DNA from: Candidatus Poribacteria bacterium
GTDB taxonomy: Bacteria; Poribacteria; WGA-4E; PCPOR2b
NCBI GenBank assembly: GCA_965116925.1
Contig: OZ220744.1
Coordinates: 224,001 to 288,000 of the forward strand
Reading direction: 5' to 3'
DNA: 64,000 nucleotides
Under the pieces are notes generated by a model. That model did not search any database, was not told the DNA's origin, and was given only the letters and a program-made list of their open reading frames with translations. Positions 9,980 to 20,063 of this stretch are shown here, in pieces; the first letter of the stretch is position 1, and each line of letters begins with the position of its first letter. The translations under genes were made by a program, and so were the position numbers.

Positions 9980-11167
9980 ATGAATAAACCACCCAACGCC
10001 AGAATCCTTGTTGTTGATGATGAACCGCAAAACATCCGATTGCTTCAAATTCGGCTTCAAGCGGAGGGATACACCGTTCTCGCAGCAAACAGTGGTCAAG
10101 AAGCATTGGAACTGGTGCAGACTGAGGCACCCGATCTAATTCTGCTGGATATTATGATGCCAGGGCTGAATGGATTTGAGGTTTGTCAGCAGATTCGGGC
10201 GGAGGAGTCCACCCAATTTATTCCGGTGGTGATGGTAACCGCACTTGCGGAAAAGGAGGATCGGATCAGAGCAATTGAGGCAGGTGCCGACGATTTTATA
10301 TCCAAGCCATTTGATAGCCATGAGGTCCTCGCTCGTGTTCGTTCACTCGTGCGTATCAAAAGATACCATGACGCACTTGAACACGCCAATCGTGAGCTCA
10401 AGATGCATAATGAACGTTTGGACAAAGAGTTGCAGATGGCAAGTGAAATTCAGGATAGCTTAATGCCTCAAGGAATCACCGATTTGTTGGGATTCCGCAT
10501 TGTTTCGCACTATACACCGGCAGTTGTGGTAGGCGGAGATTTTTTCGATTTGTGGGAGGTTGAACGGGGGCGATTAGGCGTTTTCATCTCCGATGTGATG
10601 GGGCATGGAGTTTCCGCAGCCTTTATCACTGTATTTATTAAAACCATTGTCGAGGAGATGAGCGTTCAGACTGACGACCCTGGACGCTTGCTTAAAGAAT
10701 TAAACACCCGGTTTAACAAGATGATCAGTTCACAACAATATATGTTCGCAACAGCGTTCTGCGCCGTTATTGACCTCTCTAACGAGACACTACACTACGC
10801 GAACGCAGGACACCCCTTTCCATTCTTGGTCCAGCGCCAGCGCAATGTTTGTAAACCTATCGGAGATCAGGCCACGGGAAAAGGGCTAGGATTACTTCCA
10901 GACTCGACATATCAAACACACCACTACCCTTTCACCCCTTCGGATGGATTATTTCTTTATACCGATGGTGCTTATGAACTCCAAAATTCACGGGGAGAGG
11001 AGTTCACCCCTCAAGGTATCCAAGAGGTCATCACGCAACAAATCAATCAACCTGCACCTGTCCTTGTTGAAACCGTGCTCGACACAACAAGCCGATTTAG
11101 CGATGGCAGACCGAAGGACGACGATATTACGATTGTTGCTATTGATGGGTGCGGTCCGATGTGGTAG
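9980..11167 (+). CDS. Receiver-SpoIIE (PP2C) phosphatase
   Basis: ILVVDDEP, LLDIMMPG; GGDFFD, SDVMGHG, YTDG, DDIT; ATG 9980 preferred over TTG 9962. Confidence 0.92.
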   Translation: MNKPPNARILVVDDEPQNIRLLQIRLQAEGYTVLAANSGQEALELVQTEAPDLILLDIMMPGLNGFEVCQQIRAEESTQFIPVVMVTALAEKEDRIRAIEAGADDFISKPFDSHEVLARVRSLVRIKRYHDALEHANRELKMHNERLDKELQMASEIQDSLMPQGITDLLGFRIVSHYTPAVVVGGDFFDLWEVERGRLGVFISDVMGHGVSAAFITVFIKTIVEEMSVQTDDPGRLLKELNTRFNKMISSQQYMFATAFCAVIDLSNETLHYANAGHPFPFLVQRQRNVCKPIGDQATGKGLGLLPDSTYQTHHYPFTPSDGLFLYTDGAYELQNSRGEEFTPQGIQEVITQQINQPAPVLVETVLDTTSRFSDGRPKDDDITIVAIDGCGPMW

Positions 11168-11232
11168 AAAACCGAAAATAGACCTAGGATATGCAATCCG
11201 TAATCAATTAGCGAATTGCTCGTCAACGTAAC

Positions 11233-11574
11233 CTAGAACGTGGAAAGGGCACTATCTTCTGAGTCGTGAATCTCAACAATATCCGAAGCACCGATTAAAT
11301 CAAATGTCCGCCTGATATTTTCTGTCAAGCCGTAAATTTTGACATCTCCATCTTTAAGGCGAAGCTGCTTCGCGGTGCCAACGAGGGCTCCAATTGCCGC
11401 ACTGTTGATATGCTCGACCTTACTCAAATTCACAATAATTTTCTGAATGTTTTGGTTGACGAGGTCTGCAAGTGTTTCGCGTAACTCAGCAACCGCGTAG
11501 CTTCCCAAATAATCGTTGACATCAACAATTTTGACATCTCCGCTTTGGCGGATGCACGATGATGCTTCTGACAT
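11233..11574 (-). CDS. STAS anti-sigma factor antagonist 3
   Basis: HINSAAIGAL; paralog of 13151-13492. Confidence 0.88.
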   Translation of the reverse strand: MSEASSCIRQSGDVKIVDVNDYLGSYAVAELRETLADLVNQNIQKIIVNLSKVEHINSAAIGALVGTAKQLRLKDGDVKIYGLTENIRRTFDLIGASDIVEIHDSEDSALSTF

Positions 11575-11743
11575 AGGATTATTACCTCTTCAGGATGATG
11601 TTCCCGCGATTATGCGAAAATGTTTCAGTAAGTCAAATAACAATAACGAGGGATATGCTTACCTACATTCGCCTTCGGTGTCGTACGCTTTCCACTTCGT
11701 GACCCGGTGATGGCTAACCAAATGATATGGGAGAAAAGACCAA

Positions 11744-12160
11744 GTGGAACGAACAGTTGCACAAGTGATTCGCCTAGATGTTCCCAGCTCACTACGGTGG
11801 GTTCACACCTTGCATGCTGTCATTACGGAAATTCTTAGCCAGATGGCCCTGGAGGAAGAGTCAAGCGACCAAATCAATCTGGCAGTGGTTGAAGCGGGGA
11901 CCAATGCGATAAAACATGGGAATCAGGAAGATCCAGAGAAACGCGCATATTTTGAATTCATTATGGAGCCAGATCTATTCACAGTTATCATTCAAGATGA
12001 AGGCCCAGGTTTCAACCGTGAAGAGGTCCCAGATCCAATGGAGCCCGAAAATCTCTTCAAAAGTAGTGGGAGAGGGCTTTTTCTGATCGAATCATGTATG
12101 GATCATGTCACTTACGAAAAGTCTGGCACACTCATCAAGATGGTTAAAAGACTTACTTAG
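11744..12160 (+). CDS. RsbW/SpoIIAB-like anti-sigma Ser kinase
   Basis: LAVVEAGTNAIKHG, DEGPGF, SGRGLFLI. Confidence 0.9.
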   Translation: MERTVAQVIRLDVPSSLRWVHTLHAVITEILSQMALEEESSDQINLAVVEAGTNAIKHGNQEDPEKRAYFEFIMEPDLFTVIIQDEGPGFNREEVPDPMEPENLFKSSGRGLFLIESCMDHVTYEKSGTLIKMVKRLT

Positions 12161-12215
12161 AAGTATCAGAGCATAAACCATATACGACACTTCCATCCAA
12201 TCTCTCTAGGTCATT

Positions 12216-12563
12216 TCAACCGGCTGTCAGCGCAGCTATCGCTTCATCTTCGTTTGAATACTCTTCAAACATCGTGGTTAATTTGGATGCAGCGATAAGA
12301 GTTTTAATTTTCGAGCTCGGATTGATGAGAGCAACCTGTCCGCCTTTAGGCATAATAGTTGAACACGTTCCGATTAACACTCCCAGTCCAGTACTATCCA
12401 TCATTGGGGTGGTGGCAAAATCAAACAAAAATTTGGGTGACTCAGCAGTTGAAGCAAGTTGCTCGGCAACTACTTCCCGAAACTCACGACTGGCATCTCC
12501 AATGATTTCACCACTTGGACTGAAAATGGTAACCCCAGCCCTTTGACGAATGTTAAATTCCAT
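12216..12563 (-). CDS. STAS anti-sigma factor antagonist 4
   Basis: MMDSTGLGVL; paralog of 3662-4012. Confidence 0.9.
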   Translation of the reverse strand: MEFNIRQRAGVTIFSPSGEIIGDASREFREVVAEQLASTAESPKFLFDFATTPMMDSTGLGVLIGTCSTIMPKGGQVALINPSSKIKTLIAASKLTTMFEEYSNEDEAIAALTAG

Positions 12564-12582
12564 TAGTCTGCTCCTTCACGTG

Positions 12583-13044
12583 TTAAGAAGCGTTGCTTGT
12601 GGAAAAGTAGAAAACAACTTGAACATCAGTTCCCCCGAGCGGATTGGTCAGTATTTCGAGGGAATCTGAAAGTTTTTCCGCGAGAAAGATGCCGTGTCCA
12701 CGTTCACTGTCAGGAGTCATCTTTTGAGAAACTTCATCTAGCCTGCCTGTTGCCAGCCAATTCTTCCGTATAGATTTGCCTTTGTCTCGAACATGAATCT
12801 CTAATTTGCTTGAATCGAACATTAGGGTCAAATCAATTCCTGAATCAGGAGTTTCTGAGCCGTGTTCGATGGCGTTACTACAAACTTCATCAATAATGAG
12901 TTCAATATCATAGATACGGGTCCGGCAAAACCCAAGCTGCTGCGCCAGTTGTCCAATAAACATCTGAATTGGACGAATATACTTGAGGCAGCTAGGGACT
13001 GTGAGTTTGAGAATTTCCTGCTCCATTTTTTGTGCTTGAGTCAT
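12583..13044 (-). CDS. RsbW/SpoIIAB-like anti-sigma Ser kinase 2
   Basis: DEVCSNAIEHG, VRDKG, ERGHGIFL; start uncertain. Confidence 0.85.
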   Translation of the reverse strand: MTQAQKMEQEILKLTVPSCLKYIRPIQMFIGQLAQQLGFCRTRIYDIELIIDEVCSNAIEHGSETPDSGIDLTLMFDSSKLEIHVRDKGKSIRKNWLATGRLDEVSQKMTPDSERGHGIFLAEKLSDSLEILTNPLGGTDVQVVFYFSTSNAS

Positions 13045-13150
13045 ACCAGAACACCAAGTTGAAAAGCCAAGGGCTTGGCGCAAACATTATACGTACAAAC
13101 CAAGCCCTAGTGCTTGAAGTTTTTTTCTACATCAACGTCTAAGTGGCAGC

Positions 13151-13492
13151 CTAGAACGCAGCGAGTGCACTGCTCTCTGAGTCATAGATTTCGAGAACGC
13201 TAGAAGCTCCCACTAGATCAAATGTCCGTTTGAGATTCTCCGCCAGACCGTAAACCTTAAGGTCTCCACCACTCGCACGGAGTCGCTTGGCAGAACCAAC
13301 CATCGCACCGATGGCCGTACTGTTAATATGTTGGACCTCGCTTAAATTCACAATGAGTTTCAGTGCTGCTCCGTTAATCAGGCTATCGATTGTTTTTCGC
13401 AAATCGGCGGCTGCATAACTGCCGAGGTCTTCATTCACGTCAATAATTTTCGCATCCGAGCTCTCACGGATGGTCATTGATTCACTTGCCAT
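13151..13492 (-). CDS. STAS anti-sigma factor antagonist 5
   Basis: HINSTAIGAM. Confidence 0.88.
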   Translation of the reverse strand: MASESMTIRESSDAKIIDVNEDLGSYAAADLRKTIDSLINGAALKLIVNLSEVQHINSTAIGAMVGSAKRLRASGGDLKVYGLAENLKRTFDLVGASSVLEIYDSESSALAAF

Positions 13493-13863
13493 AAAATTTT
13501 CACTCCCAATAGTCGTTAGAATATGGTATTGACTCTAACCCAGATTCCTACCTATTGCGCTGCAAGTTCGCAAGATCTGAGTCTCATCTGAAATCCATGG
13601 TATTAATAAAATAGTATACCAAGATTTTATGCCTTTATTATATCGGAAGTGCAAACAAAACACAAGCAGAATTACAGTAATTCGTTGTAAGAGCCTGCAC
13701 GGTGCTTCATTTGGCTTGCCGAATGGTCAAAGTTTGTGTTCAAAAAGTACAAAACTCTGGGTGCTTGAGGAGAATCGCCAGGGTATACAGAGAGCAAAAC
13801 CTAAGATGCACCAAACCCCGTACTGCAAAATGCTGCACTGTTTAATTACTATCGGAGATCCCA

Positions 13864-14688
13864 ATGACCCCCAAACAACGCTACCTGCTTGATGTAACTG
13901 GCTATCTGCACCTAGAGAATGTCCTGAGTCCTGAAGAACTGAAACAAGCCCAGGAGGCAGCAGATCGCTACATCCGCACCCCACCCGAAAAATGGGAACC
14001 CGGATTTGGGGCAAATCTAGAACGTCCTGACTTTACCCCCTATTCCCACGGTTTCGCATTCGACAAGGCACTGGAGTCTCTCTGCTTTCATCCAGTGACT
14101 TGGCCCATCGTTAAGGAGTTGACCGGTAACAAACCCCGGTTTACCAGTGGCAGCCTGGGGCGAAATACCCATGGACAATGGTTTCACCCGCTGCACTGTG
14201 CGCGAGAAGGCGGCGGCGGGCCAGAAATGCCCCGTTATTTCTGCCAAGACGGACAGATCTACTGTGACTTTTTCGTTGTCTTCTTCTACCTGACCGATGT
14301 GATGCCCGGTGATGGAGGGCTCGTCGTGATTCCGGGTTCCCACAAAAGCGAATTTTTACGCCCACCGGATCTGTTTGTACCGGACAGCGATGAGATCGAC
14401 CCGGAACCGCATCCAGCCGTGACCAATATCACACCTCGCGCTGGCGATGTGGTTATTATTTCGGAACTACTCACCCACGGTGTCCTCGTTTGGCAACCGA
14501 AAGATCGAGACCGCCGCTTCCTTATATTGCGCTACATGCCGCAATACACCACCTATGGGACCTTTGAACCGTTCCCAGACGAAATTCAGGCAAAATTGTC
14601 GCCGGAGACATTGGAATTAATCGAAGTCGCCCCCTATAAACACGTCAAAGAGATTGTCAAACAGGAAAGGGTCATCCTAACATGTTGA
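13864..14688 (+). CDS. Phytanoyl-CoA dioxygenase (PhyH) family protein
   Basis: TGYLHLENVLS, YLTDV..GDGGLVVIPGSHK, AGDVVI..LTHG. Confidence 0.88.
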   Translation: MTPKQRYLLDVTGYLHLENVLSPEELKQAQEAADRYIRTPPEKWEPGFGANLERPDFTPYSHGFAFDKALESLCFHPVTWPIVKELTGNKPRFTSGSLGRNTHGQWFHPLHCAREGGGGPEMPRYFCQDGQIYCDFFVVFFYLTDVMPGDGGLVVIPGSHKSEFLRPPDLFVPDSDEIDPEPHPAVTNITPRAGDVVIISELLTHGVLVWQPKDRDRRFLILRYMPQYTTYGTFEPFPDEIQAKLSPETLELIEVAPYKHVKEIVKQERVILTC

Positions 14689-14703
14689 GGAGGAACGTTA
14701 ATC

Positions 14704-15822
14704 ATGAGGAAAAAAAACAAAAGCTGGCGAGTTTCTCAAGTTACTTCGGTGGTATGGACGAGTCACTTCGCTTTTACGGTTAATTGGGCAACCGCTACTG
14801 CGAAGCTATATCTTTGCCTATTCGTTTTGTTATCCAGCATATTTGCAGGCTGCATTGATATTGATAATACTGTGCAGTCATTAAACCCTTTCTACACAGA
14901 CGAAGCCGTTGTTGACTTTCCCCAACTTGAAGGAGAATGGCTCTCTTTTATAGTTCTTGACGGTGACGCTTTACCAATGAATATAAAGCCGTGGTTTTTT
15001 GAGGATAACACGGTAAAAATATTCGATGAAAATAGGAAAATCTCTGTCGCCCAAATCAAGCTTTTTCAGATAGAAGATTCGTACTTCGCTGACATCATCA
15101 TGGCAAATTTTAATTTGGATCTTTTCGATGATTCCAACGATAACACGGTATCTAGCGATATGAATTCTCTCACAAATACTGCGTTCACGTTCTGGTCAAT
15201 ATTTCATTGGAGACCGGTTCATCTTGTGTATAAAGTCCAAATTGATGAGGACTATACCTCGTTGGTTTTAACTCCATTAAGTCTCGATTGGCTAGAAAAG
15301 ATTTTGGAAGAAAATCCGGATTTAATTCCCTTAATTGAGCAATCGGATCCCGACTCACTTTTAATATTACCTTTAGCAAATGCGACTTCAGAAACATGGA
15401 TGTCCCTCTTGGAAAAGTATCGGCACGAGGAAAAGGCTTTCCCCTCCGAGCAAATATTTAAGGTCTTATTAAAAAAGTCTGGGAAACCTCACGTCCTGCA
15501 ATCTTATGAAAACGGCAACCCGAAGGTAGCCGTGTTTCCTGAAGACCGAGAGTTTCCTGATAGCACCCAAGCGAGAGCGAATACGCCGATTTTGTACACT
15601 GAAGATGGACAAGTCGTTGGTCTTATGCTCAATCGAGATTGGCAATCACCGGCTGGTCTTTGGTTAAAGGCCGGGACTTGGGTGGAGTTCTTTGAAAATG
15701 GTCATCTCAAACACGCAACTCTAGCAAAGGATTGGGAATCTCCTAAAGGCAGGCTACTCAAAGCAGGAACAGTGCTCGAATTTTCTAAAAATGGCAGAAT
15801 TAAAAAGTCACCCTCTGAATAA
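14704..15822 (+). CDS. Hypothetical lipoprotein with C-terminal 31-aa repeats
   Basis: Lipobox FAGC after a hydrophobic stretch; DWxSPxGxxLKAGTxxEFxxNG twice. Confidence 0.6.
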   Translation: MRKKNKSWRVSQVTSVVWTSHFAFTVNWATATAKLYLCLFVLLSSIFAGCIDIDNTVQSLNPFYTDEAVVDFPQLEGEWLSFIVLDGDALPMNIKPWFFEDNTVKIFDENRKISVAQIKLFQIEDSYFADIIMANFNLDLFDDSNDNTVSSDMNSLTNTAFTFWSIFHWRPVHLVYKVQIDEDYTSLVLTPLSLDWLEKILEENPDLIPLIEQSDPDSLLILPLANATSETWMSLLEKYRHEEKAFPSEQIFKVLLKKSGKPHVLQSYENGNPKVAVFPEDREFPDSTQARANTPILYTEDGQVVGLMLNRDWQSPAGLWLKAGTWVEFFENGHLKHATLAKDWESPKGRLLKAGTVLEFSKNGRIKKSPSE

Positions 15823-15888
15823 TTGGGAATGGGCTAAAGCCACACAACTTCCGTTTTTTCTCAATACAAAACGGGAAGGAAAAATCAG

Positions 15889-18051
15889 ATGCAGACGGAT
15901 TATGTAGCTCATACGCGAGTTGCTGTGATTATCAATGAGAATGCCCCTGAGTTAGAACGATTTGCTGCAGAGCAACTTTGCGACTACCTTGAGAAATTGT
16001 TTGGCATACAAACCCGTCCAATGTCGAGTATGTCTGAAGAAGCAGGAACACTATTTCTCATTGGCAGTCTTGACACCGAGACTGCTGTTCAGGGCACAAC
16101 TGAAGAAAATCAATCCCCATCGATTAGCGAACAGGGGTTCATCTTGCGCCGTGTCCAATGTCAAGGGTGCCCATCGCTCATGGTTCGGGGCGGCAGTCCG
16201 CGTGCGACATTGTGGGCAGTATACGAGTTGGTCGAGCATTGGGGTGTACGCTATCTGTTGCACGGTGACGTATTACCACCGCTTGGAAAATTTTACCTCC
16301 CCGATGTAGATATCGTGATGGAACCCACCTTGTCGATTCGTCAATGGCGGGTTATCAACGATTTTGCGTGCGGGCCCGAAGCGTGGGGCATGGGGGATTA
16401 TCGTCTTGTGCTCGACCAACTGGTAAAACTCAAATTCAACCGCATTCTCCTGTCTGTTTGGCCCTGGCAACCATTTCTACACTACGAGGCCAAAGGGGTC
16501 AAGCGAGAATCGGCGACGCTCTGGTTCGACTTCCACTACCCCATCACCGACGATATGGTGGGACGGCACCTCTTTGGCGATGAGGAAGAATTCTGGAATC
16601 CCGATCTGCCATGCGGTGCGAGTTATGAGGAATTTACGGCGGCAGGCGAGCAATTAGTACATAACCTAATAGACTACGCTCACCAGCGCGGGATGGAGTG
16701 CGTCATCGTCGCGACACTGACCGAATTTCCGCCTGAATTTGCACCATTACTCAACGATGCCCAAGAAGTCCATCAGTTAGCAGAGTTGACTGTTGTGCCA
16801 AGCGCGGAGACCGATATCGATGATCCTGCGCTCGCTGAACTCGCAACGACTGTGCTACGAGCGACAGTGGATACCTATCCTGAAGTAGATTATGTGGCGT
16901 TGGGGATGCCAGAGTTTCGGCAGTGGTCGGGGTTGTATGAACGGGCATGGCAGGCACTCGATACAAAGTATAATATCTCATCAAAACGTTCGCTTGATGA
17001 TGTATTAACTGCTGCGACACAACGCTCTGCATATCCCGGCGGAGAAGAGCGTGCCCTACAGGAGGTCAAAGGCGACACCGTTGCCCTCTACTTTTACGAC
17101 CGACTCCTCAACGAGACACATGCGCTCAAGGAGTCCCGTCGTCCCGACATGAAATTTATCTACAACAGCGTAGCCGAGGAACTCTTTCCACTTCTTGGAA
17201 GCCTTGTGCCTTGCGGTTGGGAAACACTAAACTTCGTAGACTACACCGCGTCGCGCATTGTCAAACGGCGGGAAGTCCTCGAAAACGTTCCGAGCCAAGA
17301 ACACGCCTGCAGCCTGATTTACACGCTCCACGATGACAACGTGGGACTGTTACCACAATTGGCGACGGGTTCCCTACACGAGTTGACAAAAGACCTGATT
17401 CGGCACGGTTGGGCAGGGTTCTCGACACGCTACTGGCTCATCGCCGATCATAATCCATGTGTTGCCTATCTATCGAAAGCAGCTTGGGAAGAAGGAGTAA
17501 CACATGAGGACATTTACCGCGATCAGATCCGCGCTGTCTGTGGGGAAGAGTGCATCGAGGATATGTTGACGACATTTCGTGAAGTAGAAGGAACAACGAT
17601 TGCTCTCGAAGATCATGGACTAGGATTGACCTTTCCTGTCCCCGGTATGCTGACCAAGCACTGGACGCCTCAACCGATCTCCGATGAACTGGTTGAAGAC
17701 CAGCAAGGATATCAACGGGCGTTGGACGCCGCATATCGGGCGCGAAAAAAAGCACAACCGTCCGGACAAAGTTACGTGGATTATTGGATTGGGCGTCTAA
17801 AATTCGGTATCGGTTATTTGGATATGATTACTGCGGTTCGTCGTGCTGCGATTGCGGAGACTGATGGGAAGCCCCTTGACGCTGTACAGAATGCAGAGAC
17901 GGCACTGGTTACTGCCCGTGAAGCGTTAGAGGCTTATGCAGAGGTCGTCCGTGATCAGTCTGACCGTGGAGCGGTTGCGGTGATGAATGAGTATGTCTAC
18001 CGTCCTTTGAAGGAGAAGGTAGCAGCATTGCAGAAGGATCAATCAACATAA
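15889..18051 (+). CDS. Putative glycoside hydrolase (GH67/GH20-type N-terminal domain)
   Basis: ERFAAEQLCDYLEKLFG..QGFIL..ATLWAVYELVEHWGVRY..PTLSIR; catalytic family not assignable. Confidence 0.55.
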   Translation: MQTDYVAHTRVAVIINENAPELERFAAEQLCDYLEKLFGIQTRPMSSMSEEAGTLFLIGSLDTETAVQGTTEENQSPSISEQGFILRRVQCQGCPSLMVRGGSPRATLWAVYELVEHWGVRYLLHGDVLPPLGKFYLPDVDIVMEPTLSIRQWRVINDFACGPEAWGMGDYRLVLDQLVKLKFNRILLSVWPWQPFLHYEAKGVKRESATLWFDFHYPITDDMVGRHLFGDEEEFWNPDLPCGASYEEFTAAGEQLVHNLIDYAHQRGMECVIVATLTEFPPEFAPLLNDAQEVHQLAELTVVPSAETDIDDPALAELATTVLRATVDTYPEVDYVALGMPEFRQWSGLYERAWQALDTKYNISSKRSLDDVLTAATQRSAYPGGEERALQEVKGDTVALYFYDRLLNETHALKESRRPDMKFIYNSVAEELFPLLGSLVPCGWETLNFVDYTASRIVKRREVLENVPSQEHACSLIYTLHDDNVGLLPQLATGSLHELTKDLIRHGWAGFSTRYWLIADHNPCVAYLSKAAWEEGVTHEDIYRDQIRAVCGEECIEDMLTTFREVEGTTIALEDHGLGLTFPVPGMLTKHWTPQPISDELVEDQQGYQRALDAAYRARKKAQPSGQSYVDYWIGRLKFGIGYLDMITAVRRAAIAETDGKPLDAVQNAETALVTAREALEAYAEVVRDQSDRGAVAVMNEYVYRPLKEKVAALQKDQST

Positions 18052-18101
18052 GACCTATATGACCGTAGATGTGTTTTCCATCCGCTGTCAATCTAGGCTT
18101 C

Positions 18102-18905
18102 CTACCAAGCAGTCCACCCACCATCAACTAACAGATTCTGACCGGTAATATAGCTGCCGGCATCACTGGCTAGCAGCACCACAGCCCCTTTTAACTCCTC
18201 TGGTCTTCCCATCCGTCCCAACGGGACCTTCTCCTCCAAACGAGGGATAAAGCCTTCAACGCCATCACGTACCTCTGGCTTGGGAAACGGTCCGGGAGCG
18301 ATGGCATTGACCCGTATATTATATTGTGCCCAGTACGCTGCGAGATGACGGGTCAAGTGCACTACACCACCCTTGAGGGCATGGTAATTCGGAGGACTGT
18401 TTGCCGATAACCCTTCGTAGGCACTCGGATAGCTTGCCACGACACCGTACATGCTAGCGATATTGATAATCGATCCAGAACGCTGATTCTCGCGCAGATG
18501 AAGCATCACATCTCGCGCCAACAAAAAATACGTTGTCACACCGACATGATACGCCTGATTAAAATCCTCTGCCGTAGCGTTGTCGATGTCCGGTGCCGTA
18601 CCGCCGTAAGCGTTGTTGACCAACACATCGATCTTGTCCATCCGCTCCACCACGTCTGCGACGAAGTCGGGGATCGAGTCGGTGTCGCCCTGACTAAATC
18701 CCAAGCCTAAATGTCCATCGCCGGGCAGCGACGCGGCGAACTCAGCAGCCTGTCCCCCATCACGGCTGGTAACTACAACCTGTGCACCTACTTCAGCGAG
18801 AGCCCGGCTCATCGCTGATCCTAACCAGCCACATGCCCCAGTTACCACCGCAACTTTGCCCTGCAAGCTGAATAGATCTATAACACTACGCTCATCGACG
18901 CTCAT
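18102..18905 (-). CDS. SDR family oxidoreductase
   Basis: VVTGACGWLG, LVNNA, YHALK, ITGQNLLVDGG; start MSVDERS. Confidence 0.92.
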   Translation of the reverse strand: MSVDERSVIDLFSLQGKVAVVTGACGWLGSAMSRALAEVGAQVVVTSRDGGQAAEFAASLPGDGHLGLGFSQGDTDSIPDFVADVVERMDKIDVLVNNAYGGTAPDIDNATAEDFNQAYHVGVTTYFLLARDVMLHLRENQRSGSIINIASMYGVVASYPSAYEGLSANSPPNYHALKGGVVHLTRHLAAYWAQYNIRVNAIAPGPFPKPEVRDGVEGFIPRLEEKVPLGRMGRPEELKGAVVLLASDAGSYITGQNLLVDGGWTAW

Positions 18906-18933
18906 AATCTGCCTCCGTTTGTCGCAACCCGTG

Positions 18934-20007
18934 TTAATGGTTCCATGCTTGGCGCAGTAGCCGCAGCCAGTTTCCGTGCATAATGGCGGCAATATCGTCA
19001 TCATTGTAACCGCGATCTGCCAACAAACCCGCAAGTTTTTGAAGATCGGCAATGGTATCTAAATCGCAAGGGGATTGCTCCCGTCCATAGCCGCCGTCAA
19101 GGTCTGTGCCGATGCCAGCGTGACGGCTGTTGCCCGCCAATTGGCATACATGATCCATGTGGTCAACCACTGTGTTCAGCGTGACCGCTTCATTTGTGCT
19201 CTGTCCGGAGACCCAACCCGGTTGCAACATCCACGCATCAAAAGCTGCGCCAATCACACCATCTCGTTCAAAAATTGCTCGCAACTGTTCATCGCTGAAC
19301 TGACGTTGATGGGGCACCAGTGCCCGGCAGTTGTTATGGCTTGCTAACACCAATCCCTCGTAATGCTCTAACGCTTCCCAGAACGCCTGATCTGAGCAGT
19401 GGGTGAGATCGAGGGTAACGCCTAACCGCTCCATTTCAGCGAGCAGCGGCGGGCCCAATTCAGTTAAACCCAGTTCGGTGCCTGTCCCGCCGGCGTAACG
19501 TCCTGGCCCATAATGCGTAAGTCCAAGCAGACGCAGACCGCCGCCGACCCACTCCTCCAGCTGCTCCGGCTTTAGAATCGGATCCGCCCCTTCCATGCTG
19601 ATTACAAACCCAAGAGGTGGAGTGTCAGCCGATCCGGTTCCTTCCCACGCCTCCCAATCGGCGATATGGCTATCCAAATTCGCGCGATCTGCAATCATGC
19701 GAATATGACCCTCGTGTTCTAAAGCGCGATAGTAAGCCAACTGTCCTTGGGCAACGCCGTAGGACTGGACTGGTGAGGCATAATCCGCATGGGGTGCAGG
19801 TCGCCCAGTGGAACGGGCAAACAGGGTGACAACGGATACCGCGAGTCGCCCCTCACGCATATCTGGGAATGCGACGGTGCCTTGGGCGCGTCCCTTACCG
19901 GGAGTGCCGACCTCTTGTGTGCGGATAGTATAAGCGGAACGCAGCAAATCCCGATTACCTTGAAGAGCGTTCCAAGAAAGATCAAGGTGTGCATCAATAA
20001 TTAGCAT
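18934..20007 (-). CDS. Membrane (renal) dipeptidase, M19 family
   Basis: IIDAHLD, SMEG, DLTH, ASHNN, GIGTDLDG. Confidence 0.9.
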   Translation of the reverse strand: MLIIDAHLDLSWNALQGNRDLLRSAYTIRTQEVGTPGKGRAQGTVAFPDMREGRLAVSVVTLFARSTGRPAPHADYASPVQSYGVAQGQLAYYRALEHEGHIRMIADRANLDSHIADWEAWEGTGSADTPPLGFVISMEGADPILKPEQLEEWVGGGLRLLGLTHYGPGRYAGGTGTELGLTELGPPLLAEMERLGVTLDLTHCSDQAFWEALEHYEGLVLASHNNCRALVPHQRQFSDEQLRAIFERDGVIGAAFDAWMLQPGWVSGQSTNEAVTLNTVVDHMDHVCQLAGNSRHAGIGTDLDGGYGREQSPCDLDTIADLQKLAGLLADRGYNDDDIAAIMHGNWLRLLRQAWNH

Positions 20008-20063
20008 AAGCAAAAATCTCCCGATAACGGGTTATAAAAAAACAAGCAGGATTTTAAGGCGAG

